Source of the DNA: Atractiella rhizophila
Lineage: Eukaryota
NCBI GenBank assembly: GCA_021432655.1
Contig: MU271394.1
Coordinates: forward strand, 50,614-70,613
Reading direction: 5' to 3'
Length of the DNA: 20,000 nucleotides
The notes below the pieces were generated by a model. That model was not told the origin of the DNA, searched no databases, and saw only the letters and a list, made by a program, of their open reading frames with translations. Positions 8,501-19,087 of the stretch are shown here, piece by piece (within the stretch, counting starts at the first letter, position 1; each line of letters starts with the position of its first letter). The position numbers and the translations under genes were made by a program.

Positions 8501-11363
8501 ACGTCAGGGTGTGAGGGCTGGAAGCTGCTCCAGAAAGAACTTACGACAATGGATCGTCCAGCAAGACTAAGCCGGCTCGCTGAAAATACATAGCACGGGC
8601 GATGCTCACCCTGGGAAACATCAACGTCGCTTTGGGACCCATGCAGAAAATACCGTTGACGCTGGCCACCACTACTCTCAACAAATGGACCGTCGACATT
8701 AGCGCCACGAGCACTCTTCAACCAGGAGCGAAATATACCTAAGATTGATTCCCTTTTCGCCTGTATATAGCCCGATTCATGGTGAGGTTCTGAGGGTTGT
8801 AATAAAGGAGAAGACGAGAGCGAACCGATATCAGTCAAGTCTCCATCGGGTAGAACTTCGAGGTCGGGCTCAAGGCACGCCGCCTCTGGCCATCAATCTG
8901 ATCAGGTGCTGGCTTTTTGAACGGGAAGGAAACAGGACGAACGGATGACGCTCCAGTACCTCTCTTCCTCAAACGGCTGACCAAACAACACGTTATCCCT
9001 GCAATCCGTCCGGGAATGAGATCAACCCAAGTCCACCTTGGAATGAGATATAGGACGATGGGAAGCGAACCGGAGAGAAGCGTTCTGAATCCAGGCTATC
9101 TGAGGAACGTATGCGATTTCAGCTCCTACCTCATCCACCCATCAGACGCGGTCGAGGTAGAGTAGAGGGAAGAATAGACCCAGCTTCACTTTCCCCTCCA
9201 ACTTCTTCATTTCTCCGGTCAACGCAGCGAGGAGTGAACTCTTCCCGCTCCCCACAGGTCCCACTGTCCACATCGTTAAACTATCAATGGGTTGTTCTCG
9301 GTAAAAAATGGGGAATGGACACACCGATGGCGACCAACTTCCCTCTCGCGATTCTCAAACAGATGTCCTTCAACTCCTTCCTGCTTCCATCTGAATCGGC
9401 ATCCCCGTCCCATGTGAACCTTCCCCCCTCAATCTCAATGGCAAGCTCCGCCTCATCATCGACCACCAGCGCTGGCTGACCTTCTCCCTTCTCTTTCCCT
9501 GTCGTGAGGACAAACAGCTTTTGTAGTCGACGGATAGCGTTCCAGCCGTCAACAGAAAAGGAAAGGGAGAGGGGGAGGTATGTGAGTGGGATTCGGAGGA
9601 GGAAGAACCAAGAGATGGATGGGAAGATGATTGCTGGATCGAGGGTTCTGTCGGAGTGGATGGAGGAGTAGACGATGATTGATATCACGCTGTGCCCCTC
9701 TTTCGCGTTAGTGAAATGTCAAATGATGATGATAACTGAAACGGAGAGGGAAGAGGTGGATGGCATACGCGGATAGGGAGGGGAGACCAAAGTAGACGGC
9801 CATTGTGATCGCTCGGAAGGTGAGGAGCTTCTTTAGCTCCTGTAACTCTTCTCTCCTCACCCCTTCCATTTTCTTCACGAAAGGTCTCTCCCAGGCTGCA
9901 TACGAGCACCATCGAGATCAACCCCGAAGAGAACAGGAGAAGGAACAGACCAAACAATTTCACGAGCTTGATCCCATTCATTACCTGCACAACAACGAGA
10001 CATCGTCAGTGGAACAAGCAGCGGCGCCGACGTCGCGAAAGCACCTACCTCCCTGGTCAATCTCGACCTGCGATCGGTGACTTCCATCACTCCCTTCCTC
10101 ATCTTGGCCATCTTGCCCATTATCATCCCTTGGAGAGGGCTCGAGAGGATGACGAACCCCACGCCGGCGAGGGCGGAGGGACCGAGGGAGTGAAGGAGGA
10201 AAGCGAGGATGATGATAAATTGAATCACGGACTGGGATTCCCTTCAGAATTCAAATAACGATTCAGAATAAAGTGAAACGAACCGTCCAAGCCTGTGTGT
10301 CCCAGGGGCAGAAGGATGTCAAAATCAGTTGACTGACTGTAACTGAAATATAGGACGGAAGGGGGACAGACGATGTGAAAGAATCCCATGGCTCCATCAA
10401 CCATCCCAACATCCACCCCAATATGGTTCATCAGCCTCCCCTTATCCATATCCTTCGCGTTCATCCGCTCCATGCTCCGCTCAAAGACTGACGCCACGAT
10501 CGCTCCCCTCGCTCCTATCGTCGCGCGTTGGACGATCATGGAACCCTGTTGGGAGCATTGGGAGGCGAGGAGTTGGAGGGCGAGGAGAGCGAAACAGTAG
10601 CTGAGCCCTTTTCCGATCGACGGTTGTTGAGTAGGAGTAGGAGAGGATGACGTGCGTGCGGCGTGTGTGCGTTGTGCGAATCTGCATTATCCATCGTTCG
10701 TGGTTTAAAAAAGTCATTTAATTGCAGTTGCTATGAAGTGAAGAGGGTGACGAACAGGATAATCTCTTTACTGATGAGCGGCGTACAAACTTGTATCACA
10801 TCGCTCACCGCCCTCATTGCTCCTCCAATCCAAAACTCTCTGCCAATCGCGTCATTCATCGCCATCACAAGGAGTGGTTCTTTTTTCAAACCCCTCTCTC
10901 CCTTTCCTGCTTCACCTTTGACTCTCAAAAAAGGCAACAAGAACAGCTGCGTCCTTCTCCTCACCCTCTCCCACCTCTGCGACTTCCCCTCCTCCAATCG
11001 CTCGTTCCAAGCAGCCGCATCCAACTGTCGCCTCTCAAAACCCTCGCTCAACTTCCGACTGAGGTGCGTGCATGAGATGCTAGGAGGGAGGATGAAGAGG
11101 TCGGAGGTGTGGAGAGGACGCTGGTATCCGAGCGAGAGAAGGGGAGTGAGCCAGGACCACGTAAGACGGGAGAGGAGCCGCGCGGTCGCTTCTGGGGATG
11201 GAGGCAGAGGAGTAGATGCGGATGGGGATGAGGATGGAGGGGGAGGGGGAGGTGGTGGATAGTAGGAGAAGGGCCAGTATAGTTTGCGCTTCCTAACTGT
11301 GGGAGGAGCGGGAGAGTCGAGCTCGATGATTTTGAGGTCGACGTCTTCTTCTTTGGAACTCAT
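5520..11363 (-). CDS. ABCC/MRP-family ABC transporter, YOR1-like (TMD1-NBD1-TMD2-NBD2, no TMD0); 31 exons, apparently intact
   Basis: Manual splicing through 30 GT-AG introns keeps the frame from ATG 11363 to TGA 5520. Lasso motif [18 protein letters not shown]...DL. NBD1: [42 protein letters not shown]2: [20 protein letters not shown]2: [35 protein letters not shown]. First exons: 11363-10756, 10681-10372, 10292-10284, 10231-10049, 9984-9951, 9895-9769, 9689-9325, 9263-9180. Confidence 0.95.
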
Positions 11364-12043
11364 TTTTCTTCGCTGCCGTTTACACTTTATCGTGGACCAG
11401 AGAACCAGAGAGCGTGGGAGATGGACAAGGAAAGAGACATGCTGATATACGAAGCTAGACGGCGCAATGGGCTCATGTCAGCACCAACACACTCAAATGT
11501 AACTCCGTTTTGTCGCAGTGTTCCGGGCCGATCAGGAAGAAGAATGAAGGTGCTCTGACAAGCAGTCTGACGAGTAGTACATGGTTTGAAGTAAGTCCAA
11601 AGCACGATTGTTGACGACGGACGTAATCTATCAAGGCATACAGAACGGGACGAATTTCAACATGAAGTTCATCATGATTGCACGGCGCTCGCTCGAACCG
11701 ATGAAGACGCTCAATCAGCTTATCATGCTTTACTTTGCCCCTTGAGCTGCTATTTCAAGGTTTTCCCCAAGTCACACCTCAGCCATTTGCACCACTTGTC
11801 ACGTTGCTTACCTAATTGCACAAGGAACACGCTTCCAGCCATCGCCACTGGGCAATCCCCATGTTGTTGATTATATTTCAAGATATGTAACATTATAAGC
11901 GGATCTTTGGTGACCATTTCTTTACCTTTTCGGTTCCACACCGCCCTTGCTTCTTCAACCACAAGGCTACTGCTAATCTTATCCGCCATATACAACTGCG
12001 TTGACGAAAGTCTGATGCCTCTCAAATATGATTAACAACACAC

Positions 12044-12061
12044 CAACAACAACAACAACAA
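12044..12061 (+). repeat. (CAA)6 microsatellite
   Basis: Six tandem CAA units read directly from the sequence. Confidence 0.9.
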
Positions 12062-12320
12062 CACGCTTCGAAGTCCAATCCCATTTTCTTCAATGCGATC
12101 ACGTTCGCGTCCAACACGTCCAGGACGCCACCATCGTCCCTTTCGAGAACATTCCCCAATATTATGGATTTACGTCGCCGCCGTAACAAGTCGGTCGCAT
12201 ACGCTCCCAGAGAAGAGGGAGAGGGTTGGAGAGGACAAGATGGAAGGCGTCCCTCTGAATTGCGTGTGTGCAGTACGAACACAAATGATAGCTCTCAATT
12301 GGTTTCTTTGTCATAAATGA

Positions 12321-12489
12321 ATTGAAGCTCGTCCAGTTCGACGGGAGCATACGGAGGATGACTTCCTCCGTGTTGTCCAGCGCACATCCAACCATTTTCT
12401 TGTTGGTGAATATCGAACGTATTGAAGCCCGTCCAGTTCGGCAGATGACTCCGTGCGTCTTGTTCTGCTCACGACCGAAACATCCTTGT
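12321..12489 (+). repeat. Imperfect direct repeat, two copies starting 100 bp apart
   Basis: ATTGAAGCTCGTCCAGTTCG at 12321 versus ATTGAAGCCCGTCCAGTTCG at 12421 (19/20 identical). Each is followed by GATGACT..CGT.TTGT.C.GC.CAC...CTTGT. Confidence 0.85.
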
Positions 12490-12490
12490 A

Positions 12491-12524
12491 TCAGCCTCGA
12501 GGCTGAAATGCGACCATATAAAAG
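12491..12524 (+). promoter_or_regulatory. 16-bp perfect palindrome plus consensus TATA box of the membrane-protein gene
   Basis: TCAGCCTCGAGGCTGA at 12491-12506 and TATAAAAG at 12517-12524, about 50 nt upstream of ATG 12570 (context ACAAAATG). Confidence 0.6.
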
Positions 12525-12569
12525 GCGCTGGAATACGATGTTCCTTCCTTCCAGAAGAGCTTCAACAAA

Positions 12570-14079
12570 ATGTCAGGCACAGATCGTTCTCTTGCAACCG
12601 CTTTGAAGAATATCAACGGGATCAGTTCCCTCCTTTCACTCGTCCCAATTTTGACCGGCAAGACCCAAAACGTCAAGATGGTCGCTTCTCGCATTCTTCC
12701 AGTGACTCTCATCTTCGGAGGAGTCGGAGCTGGTAGGTGTTTGGCCAAACTCCAGCTCGGAGTGATGCTCTGTAACCTTGAGCTCTGTGAGTACCTTCCC
12801 GTCCCCTACCTGAGGACATCAGGACAACACTCATCCTGTCCTAGACCGCAACATCGTCGCGGATTTCACATATGCCCACGACGAATACGTCAATCGTTAC
12901 TCGCCCGTCTTCTCTCACGTAGCCTCTGCGACTCCGGAGCGTCATTCAGGGAGTCAATACGTGAATCACAACCCATCGGAGGATTACCTCGTCGAAGCCA
13001 GCTTCCAAGGAAAAGGGCAATTCCCGAACGTCGTCGAGCTTTCGCAAACAAATACCCAACGTGCCTTGGGCGGGTTCCTCATCTTCCTCCCGATTTATGC
13101 TCTCGAGGTCGTCATCTCTTTGTTCTGCGCGGCCGAAGGTACTAACGTCGCTTTGGCCGTCGCCTTGGGTCTGGCGATGATTCTCTGGATCGCCGGCATC
13201 GCGATCTTGCACTTCACGAGGGGTATGGGATTACGGTCGCTCCAATTGAACGGGAGAGGAGATGCCTGGCGACACCTTCAGGTCGTCACGCTCGGACATA
13301 ACGTCAAGAGCACACCTTTGAGCTTCAACACCGAATATGCGACTACATTCAACCTGTTCGAGGCAAAATACGACAGAAAGGCTATTCGCATCGCTGGCAT
13401 CTGTATCCTCCTCAGCGGCGCAATAGACGGTCTTTCCACTATCCTCGTTCTTGGATTGAATATTTGGTCGTATCCCTGGCTCGCCCTTCAAATCGCCATC
13501 CTCATCGTCAAGGTAGGAATCAGTCTCGAGCCTCTCCGACGCATTCGCATCGCCAAAGTGTCCACCCCCCTCGCCACCACTACGGATCCGAACAGAGGGA
13601 CCTGGTTGCCTATACAAGTCTGCAATTTCGGCACCTCGAATGGGAGCACCTTTCGCTGTGAAGGGTGCTTCACCAAACGCACCGTCATCACTGAAGAACT
13701 CTTGGGTGGGACGACTAGAACGTGGGAGTCAAAGACCGCAGGGATCTCGGTCGGCCAAGTGTACCATCTTCATCCAGAACGTGAGCCTCCTGTTCTGCGC
13801 TATCTGTCACCATCAGCCGATGGGGCCAGCCTCGTCCTCACCGACACCAAGCCGAAGATTCAATCGAATGCGGCGCTCGAGAGAGAGTTTCTGGCTTGTT
13901 TGGGAGATATAGTCGGAGCGAATAAGGTGCCCAGTCAAGATTTCATAAACGCTGTGAGGAGCTTGATGAAGGGACTGGAGGGCACGATGGACGAGAAATG
14001 GTTCAAGGTTGGCGCGAAGGACTTGATGGAGCGCTTGAAACGAGCACAAAAAGTTGTGTCTTGGAACGAGAGAGCTTAG
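12570..14079 (+). CDS. Uncharacterised multi-pass membrane protein (483 aa); join(12570..12786,12845..14079)
   Basis: Intron 12787-12844 (GTGAGT...CTAG, 58 nt) joins ORF 12570 in frame to ORF 12961..14079. Hydrophobic segments: ALGGFLIFLPIYALEVVISLF, VALAVALGLAMILWIAGIAILHF, IAGICILLSGAIDGLSTILVLGL, WLALQIAILIVKVGI. Confidence 0.85.
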
Positions 14080-14560
14080 CTTCGGATTATCAGCGTTTAG
14101 CGTTTCGGTACAGTATACAGTAGATTTCTCTCCACAGATCAGGTTTAAAGTCGCAAGCTTGTATTGTATGAAACAAGGAGAAAGCGACACTTTCTCAATA
14201 AATTGTAAAGGCTAGAATCGAGCTCAAGTTCAAGTGCATCCCTCAAGCCTGCTCAAAGCTCAGCGCTCAACACCCAGCCGTGGAGAACCAGAGGAAAAGA
14301 AGTTGCAAGTCTGAAGCAAGAAAGCATGACCACACACCCGTCTAGTTACATACTCGTCCAGCAACATTTGTCCAGCATTCGTCTTTTCATTTCAACTCGT
14401 TCTGATGCTTTCTTCGCGAACGTCGCGACGGACGTTGATGCTGACACTCATCATCATGCATCAACTTACTACCCGCCACCACAAACGACGAAACGATTCT
14501 TCCGGCATCCTCAGCTGCCCCTTAGAGCCTCTGGATAAACGCGATTGGATACGAGAAACA

Positions 14561-15563
14561 ATGTCTTACATCAACCCCATTGCCCTCTACAACCCATCGC
14601 CTGCCGCAGCAACTCCAGCCACTCCTGCCCATCCATCCACTTCGCACTCCCAGCTGCACATCCCTGGTCAAGACGTTGTTGCAGCTACTCCTGGGCCTTC
14701 GAGTGTGCTTAGTAATGTCCAGGAACATGGAGTTGTGAATGGAATCACGCCCACTTTGCAGTAAGCCGTCTCTTCTTTGCTTTGGAGTGGCGGGAACGAA
14801 TGGAAATGAAACGTTTGCTCCTTTGTTGTGATGTAAAGAAATATCGTCGCCACCGTTAACCTCGATTGTCGTCTTGATCTCAAAACTATCGCTCTTCACG
14901 CTCGAAATGCAGAGTATAACCCAAAGGTTAGTATTGATCAGTTTCGTTGATTGTACGGAGTCAAATGCTCACGCCGCCCTATTCGGTGTCATAGCGTTTT
15001 GCAGCCGTTATTATGCGTATTCGAGAGCCCAAAACCACTGCGCTGATCTTTGCGAGCGGAAAGATGGTGATAACAGGTGCGAAGAGCGAAGATGACAGTC
15101 GATTGGCGGGGAGGAAGTACGGTCGGATTATCCAGAAGTTGGGGTTTGAGGCGAAGTTTTTGGATTTCAAGATCCAGAATATCGTGGGAAGCTGTGATGT
15201 GAAGTTTGCCATTCGACTGGAGGGATTGGCATATTCGCACGGACATTTCAGCTCGTACGAACCTGAGGTACGTCTTTCTGAGTCGTCACGGATGAACAAG
15301 AAGGATAATGTTATGGTGATGGATCGTGAAGCTGTTCCCTGGACTGATCTATCGAATGGTTAAACCTAAAGTCGTCCTGCTCATCTTCGTATCCGGCAAG
15401 ATCGTCCTCACAGGAGCGAAAGTTCGCGAGGAGATCTATCAGGCTTTCCGCTCTATCTGTTCGTCTCCCTTTCTGCCCTCCCCTCCCTTGCCCTAGGATC
15501 TGCAGAGCTTTGTACTGACTGCTTGCAGACCCTGTACTGTCGGAGTTTAGGAAGAGCGGATGA
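14561..15563 (+). CDS. TBP1: TATA-box-binding protein (240 aa); join(14561..14760,14839..14926,14995..15267,15332..15458,15529..15563)
   Basis: Spliced product contains [60 protein letters not shown]...[12 protein letters not shown]...[34 protein letters not shown]...YPVLSEFRK, the unmistakable TBP (SPT15) core. Confidence 0.98.
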
Positions 15564-16366
15564 TCCCGTGGCCGTTTGACACTGCTCCTTCCTTGTCCGA
15601 CTCTTTCTTGATTCGCGTCGTTTTTATTTGTACATGCCTTTATCAGTTGAGACACCAACCTGCCAACATGCCACTTAATTTGTCTTTTCGCCATCACATC
15701 CCCCGCGTTGCCACTCATACGTGTAGAAGCAATGGAGAGGGATCGCAGCTTCGATTTTCTCAGGATCGAATACTTTCTTTCGAACCAAAAAAAATCGGAC
15801 GAACCTATCAAACATATGTATTTCATGAGTCTTACTTCAGTGCAATTCAACTGCGATCCCTTTCTCCCTCTTGAAAACTTGAATCCTTGTCCTTCCGGCT
15901 CATTTCTTTCTCGTGGTCTGTTGGTCCTAGATTTGGTTCTTTGTCACTAGTCCGACTCAAATGCCATACATTGAGAATAGCCAAATCACACCAGTTGAGG
16001 CGAGCAATGAGAAGGCTCAGGTCCTCTGACGCGAACTCGCAGTCAGAGGTGGCTTTGGAAGCAACTTAACGATAGGCGTAAGCGCATGAGCTGAGTATGA
16101 GCATTGTTAAGCCATACGTCTGATTTGACATGTATGAGGATCTATAGGCGTAAAAGGCAGAAATAAGCCATTATATCATTCAAACAAGATGACAGCGCAG
16201 ACGAGTTTACTCCAGCATTGCTATGTGCGAGTTCCAGAACAATGACGAGTATATTGCGACCGCTGTATATATACCACTCAGCCCTTCAATCCACTCTCCC
16301 TTTAGTCTCGAGATTACAACACTAGCAAAACATCAATGAAACAGAATATCCAACAGAAAAGCAGCA

Positions 16367-16970
16367 TGTGCAGGTGGAATACGTGACAAAGCAAATCTTC
16401 ACAACGGAAACAGGACCGTCAATTTTACTTCCCGAAATTGGTTGATTTCGATATCCAAACTTACGCTCCCAGAGAGGACCTTCCAGACTTCTTTCGTCCT
16501 AGGAATGTATTTTCACAGAGTTCCCATCCGGCCGCACCAGGTGCCTATCAGAACAGAGACCTGCACGCTCAAGAAGTGGAAACTTTGGATATTATCTCCC
16601 GTATTCCAACCCAAACATTTGTCGCTATTATGGCTACGCAACCGTTGGAATATTTGCGACTGGTCTTTGCTTCGAGAAACATTAGATAACTCTCCGTGAC
16701 ACTGTTGGCGAAACATGACGATGGATTCCACTTTCGTGGTGGATAGAATTCGCAAAGGGGTCAAACACCTTCATCTTCTAGGCCGCCTCCACAAGGATCT
16801 TTCTCCGATCAGTGTTATGCATGATTTTGATGACGATGGGTCGTTGGCTACCGTTATAGTCATCGATTTCGCGGCGAGAAAGTGTCTAAGCTCTCTTGGG
16901 AAGGGTGCCATTGGTTTGACAACACCGCGGAAGTGGGAGACGCCAAAAATGATTGGTTCGGGCTAGGGAT
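16367..16970 (+). pseudogene. Degraded paralog of the kinase at 796-1725
   Basis: Across frames it reads CAGGIR, DRQFYFPKLVDF, FVLGMYFHRV, AYQNRDLHAQEVETLDIISR, NPNICRYYGY, TGLCFEKH*, DSTFVVDRIRKGVKHLH..HKDLSPISVMHDFDDDG, VIDF, VGDAKNDWFG, colinear with the intact copy. It carries several frameshifts and an in-frame TAG, has lost the catalytic Asn, and lacks the C-terminus. Confidence 0.9.
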
Positions 16971-17123
16971 GCACAACGGGCGGTAACGTGACGGGTGGAG
17001 GATGCTACGTGAGCTTCTTCACGTCAAGTAAAGGCGTGCGGGTCCGTTGAGGCGGCATCCAAGGTGAGGGCCGCACGTCGAAGTAACACGTAACGGGGCC
17101 GTAACGGGTTTACGCCTCACGTC
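16964..17123 (+). mobile_element. Candidate single terminus of a hAT/Ac-like DNA transposon or MITE
   Basis: Begins TAGGGATGCAC (maize Ac TIR is YAGGGATGAAA) and is followed by clustered AACGG/GTAACG/ACGT motifs. It coincides with the end of kinase homology. No partner TIR or TSD found. Confidence 0.45.
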
Positions 17124-17545
17124 TTGTAATATTGTGCTTACTGAGCTAAATAATGTAAAATAAAGTACAGAATGAGTTTAAGAAATCAAAGAGCCACCGA
17201 AGCTGGGGTTCACAACTCCCAAATCCTCGCTTGGTCCTCTGCTGTATTTAATGACAGGAACCACAGTAGCAGAGGGCTTTGAAACGCATGATAGGTAACA
17301 TGGTGTGCATAAATCTATATTTTCTACAGGAATAATGGATGATCAACAAACAGAAGGTTGCTCAAATACTGCTAACTGGATACTGAATACTGAACATGAA
17401 ATGAGGATAACCAACTGAACGCGAGGTAAACAGATACAGACTCAGTGATTAACTGATTCATAAGGGAAGCTCGAAGAACACCAGTCGTACGCAACAAAGC
17501 GAATCAAAGAAAAAAAGCAACAAAAACCAAGAATGCGCCACACCT

Positions 17546-19037
17546 TCACTTTTTTGCCTTCTTCTGGTTCTTTATCACCATGGTCTCATTCCTTCTACAA
17601 AACCCTACTCTCTTCTCCTTCTCCTCCACCGCAACCTCCAGAGCTCTCGCCGCTCCTACTATCCTTTTCAATGCATAATCTGTCCTTCGCACTTTATCGA
17701 GCGCGTCTCTGTCCAATAATCCTTGGAGGGAGGCAATCGAAGATCTAACCACCGTCCGCGGCGAGGGTAGCGTGGTAGCAACATAGAGGCCTTCGCATCC
17801 TGCAGGGAGAGAGGAAGCGCTAGTGCTGGTAGTGCCGATAGTGGTGGTGCTAGTGTTGACCGTCGACATCGTTGATTGATACGCCGAGAGGGGGATTGGC
17901 ATAGGCGTGGTTATAGGCGTCGGAGCAGCTGAAGCAGGTAGGAAAGGTTCTAACAATGGCTGCGCTTCGAGCCCTTTAAGGTTGATAGCCCGTATATCTT
18001 TCGTCTTCCTTCTCAACGACTGTCGCCTTGGTATCATCTGGGAAGAGCGAACAGTGGGACCATCTCGACTAGCTGAGGTATTTTCGATTCCCAAATGCGA
18101 TGGGTCGGTCAGGAAGTTCGTACTCCTTCCACTTGCGCCTCCTACCACCAACTCCACTTCCCTCCTTGCGAATGCTTTCTCCCGTAGCTCTTGCACTTGG
18201 CGACTCCGGCATAAAAGAATTCGAGGAATCGGTGCGCATCCACTCTCTGATAGACGCCTCTTTCTCTTGGTCCAGATCAATGGCGGCTGGACGTAAGGAT
18301 TTGGGGTAGGGAAAAGGAGAGGGCAAAGACGCGAGTGAAAAAGCAGTGGGTTCGCGTGAGAACTCTCTCATCTCTCTCTCCCTTTGAGGCGGAGGGAGGG
18401 ATTGGCTGCCGTAGTAGTACTCCGATCCATGCAAAGCGCGCATGAGGGAGGGAGTGTGATAAGCTTCTGTCTCTGGCTCGTGCACAGGTGATGGATGGAA
18501 AAGTTGCAACGGCGAGACGGACCTTGCAGCGGTGGGCATGGACAAGAAGGAACTGGAGCTGAGATCAAAGATGGAGGAGTCAAAGGAGCTCTCTCCACTC
18601 AGCGAGAGATCGGCTCCCGCACTGATCGAAATGTGACGAGCAGGGAAAGAATACGCGTCCAAGGTTGTCCCAGCCGTCGTGAGAGGATCCATATCTATCA
18701 CAGCGTCACTTTTAGGTTAATAATAGAAAGAATTGATGGGGAAAAGGAGAACGAAGGGGCCCAAACCTGTATACAGAGCTGAATCCTGCTTCAATGCAAT
18801 TTGAGTCTCTTCGTCGAAGGGTGACGAAGAACGAATAAACTGGCTCAAAAGCTCGTTCTCCGTCTCTCTACCTCGAAGCTCCTGTTCGCACTTTTGCGCA
18901 ATGCCATCGTGAAAGCTGGAATCCAGCCCAAAATCGAGCACCTTGCCCTCGACTCGTGGTCTCTTGGTTCGCGGCGAGAACGAGGCTTTGCTGGGTGAGT
19001 TCGAAAGATCTGAAAATGCGGCTCGTTTGTTGGACAT
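17546..19037 (-). CDS. Uncharacterised Ser/Pro-rich, largely disordered protein with an N-terminal D-box-like motif and a helical C-terminus; 3 exons (19037-18767, 18694-~18124, ~18068-17546)
   Basis: ATG 19037 (MSNKRAAFSDLSN). Intron 18766-18695 (GTTTGG..TAG) joins in frame to ORF 18069..18701. Intron 18123-18069 (GTACGA..TAG), or an alternative GTAGGA..CAG, joins to the 17546 ORF. Confidence 0.72.
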
Positions 19038-19087
19038 GGTGGATGTTGATACGTAGCTTTTACGCAAAGAAAATATGGAACGAGCAG

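Noticed and set aside
10663..11262. 199-aa plus-strand ORF ending in poly-Gly, and other plus-strand ORFs across 5598-10600
   Set aside because: Antisense shadows of ABCC exons.
5520..11363. ABCC gene looks fragmented in the ORF track, suggesting a pseudogene
   Set aside because: Every break is explained by a GT-AG intron, and all catalytic motifs are present.
11750..12282. Short ORFs in the divergent intergenic region
   Set aside because: No homology cues or coherent exon structure; partly driven by the CAA microsatellite.
14234..14243. GTGCATCCCT, reverse complement of most of the candidate hAT TIR
   Set aside because: Lies upstream of the 16964 terminus and faces away from it, and lacks the terminal A and subterminal repeats, so it cannot be the partner TIR.
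14405..14560. In-frame upstream ATG that would extend TBP by 52 aa
   Set aside because: Poor start context compared with AAACAATG at 14561, and 240 aa is a typical fungal TBP length; cannot be fully excluded.
16072..16171. ATAGGCGTAA and TAAGCCAT each occur twice
   Set aside because: Short, irregularly spaced and without further structure.
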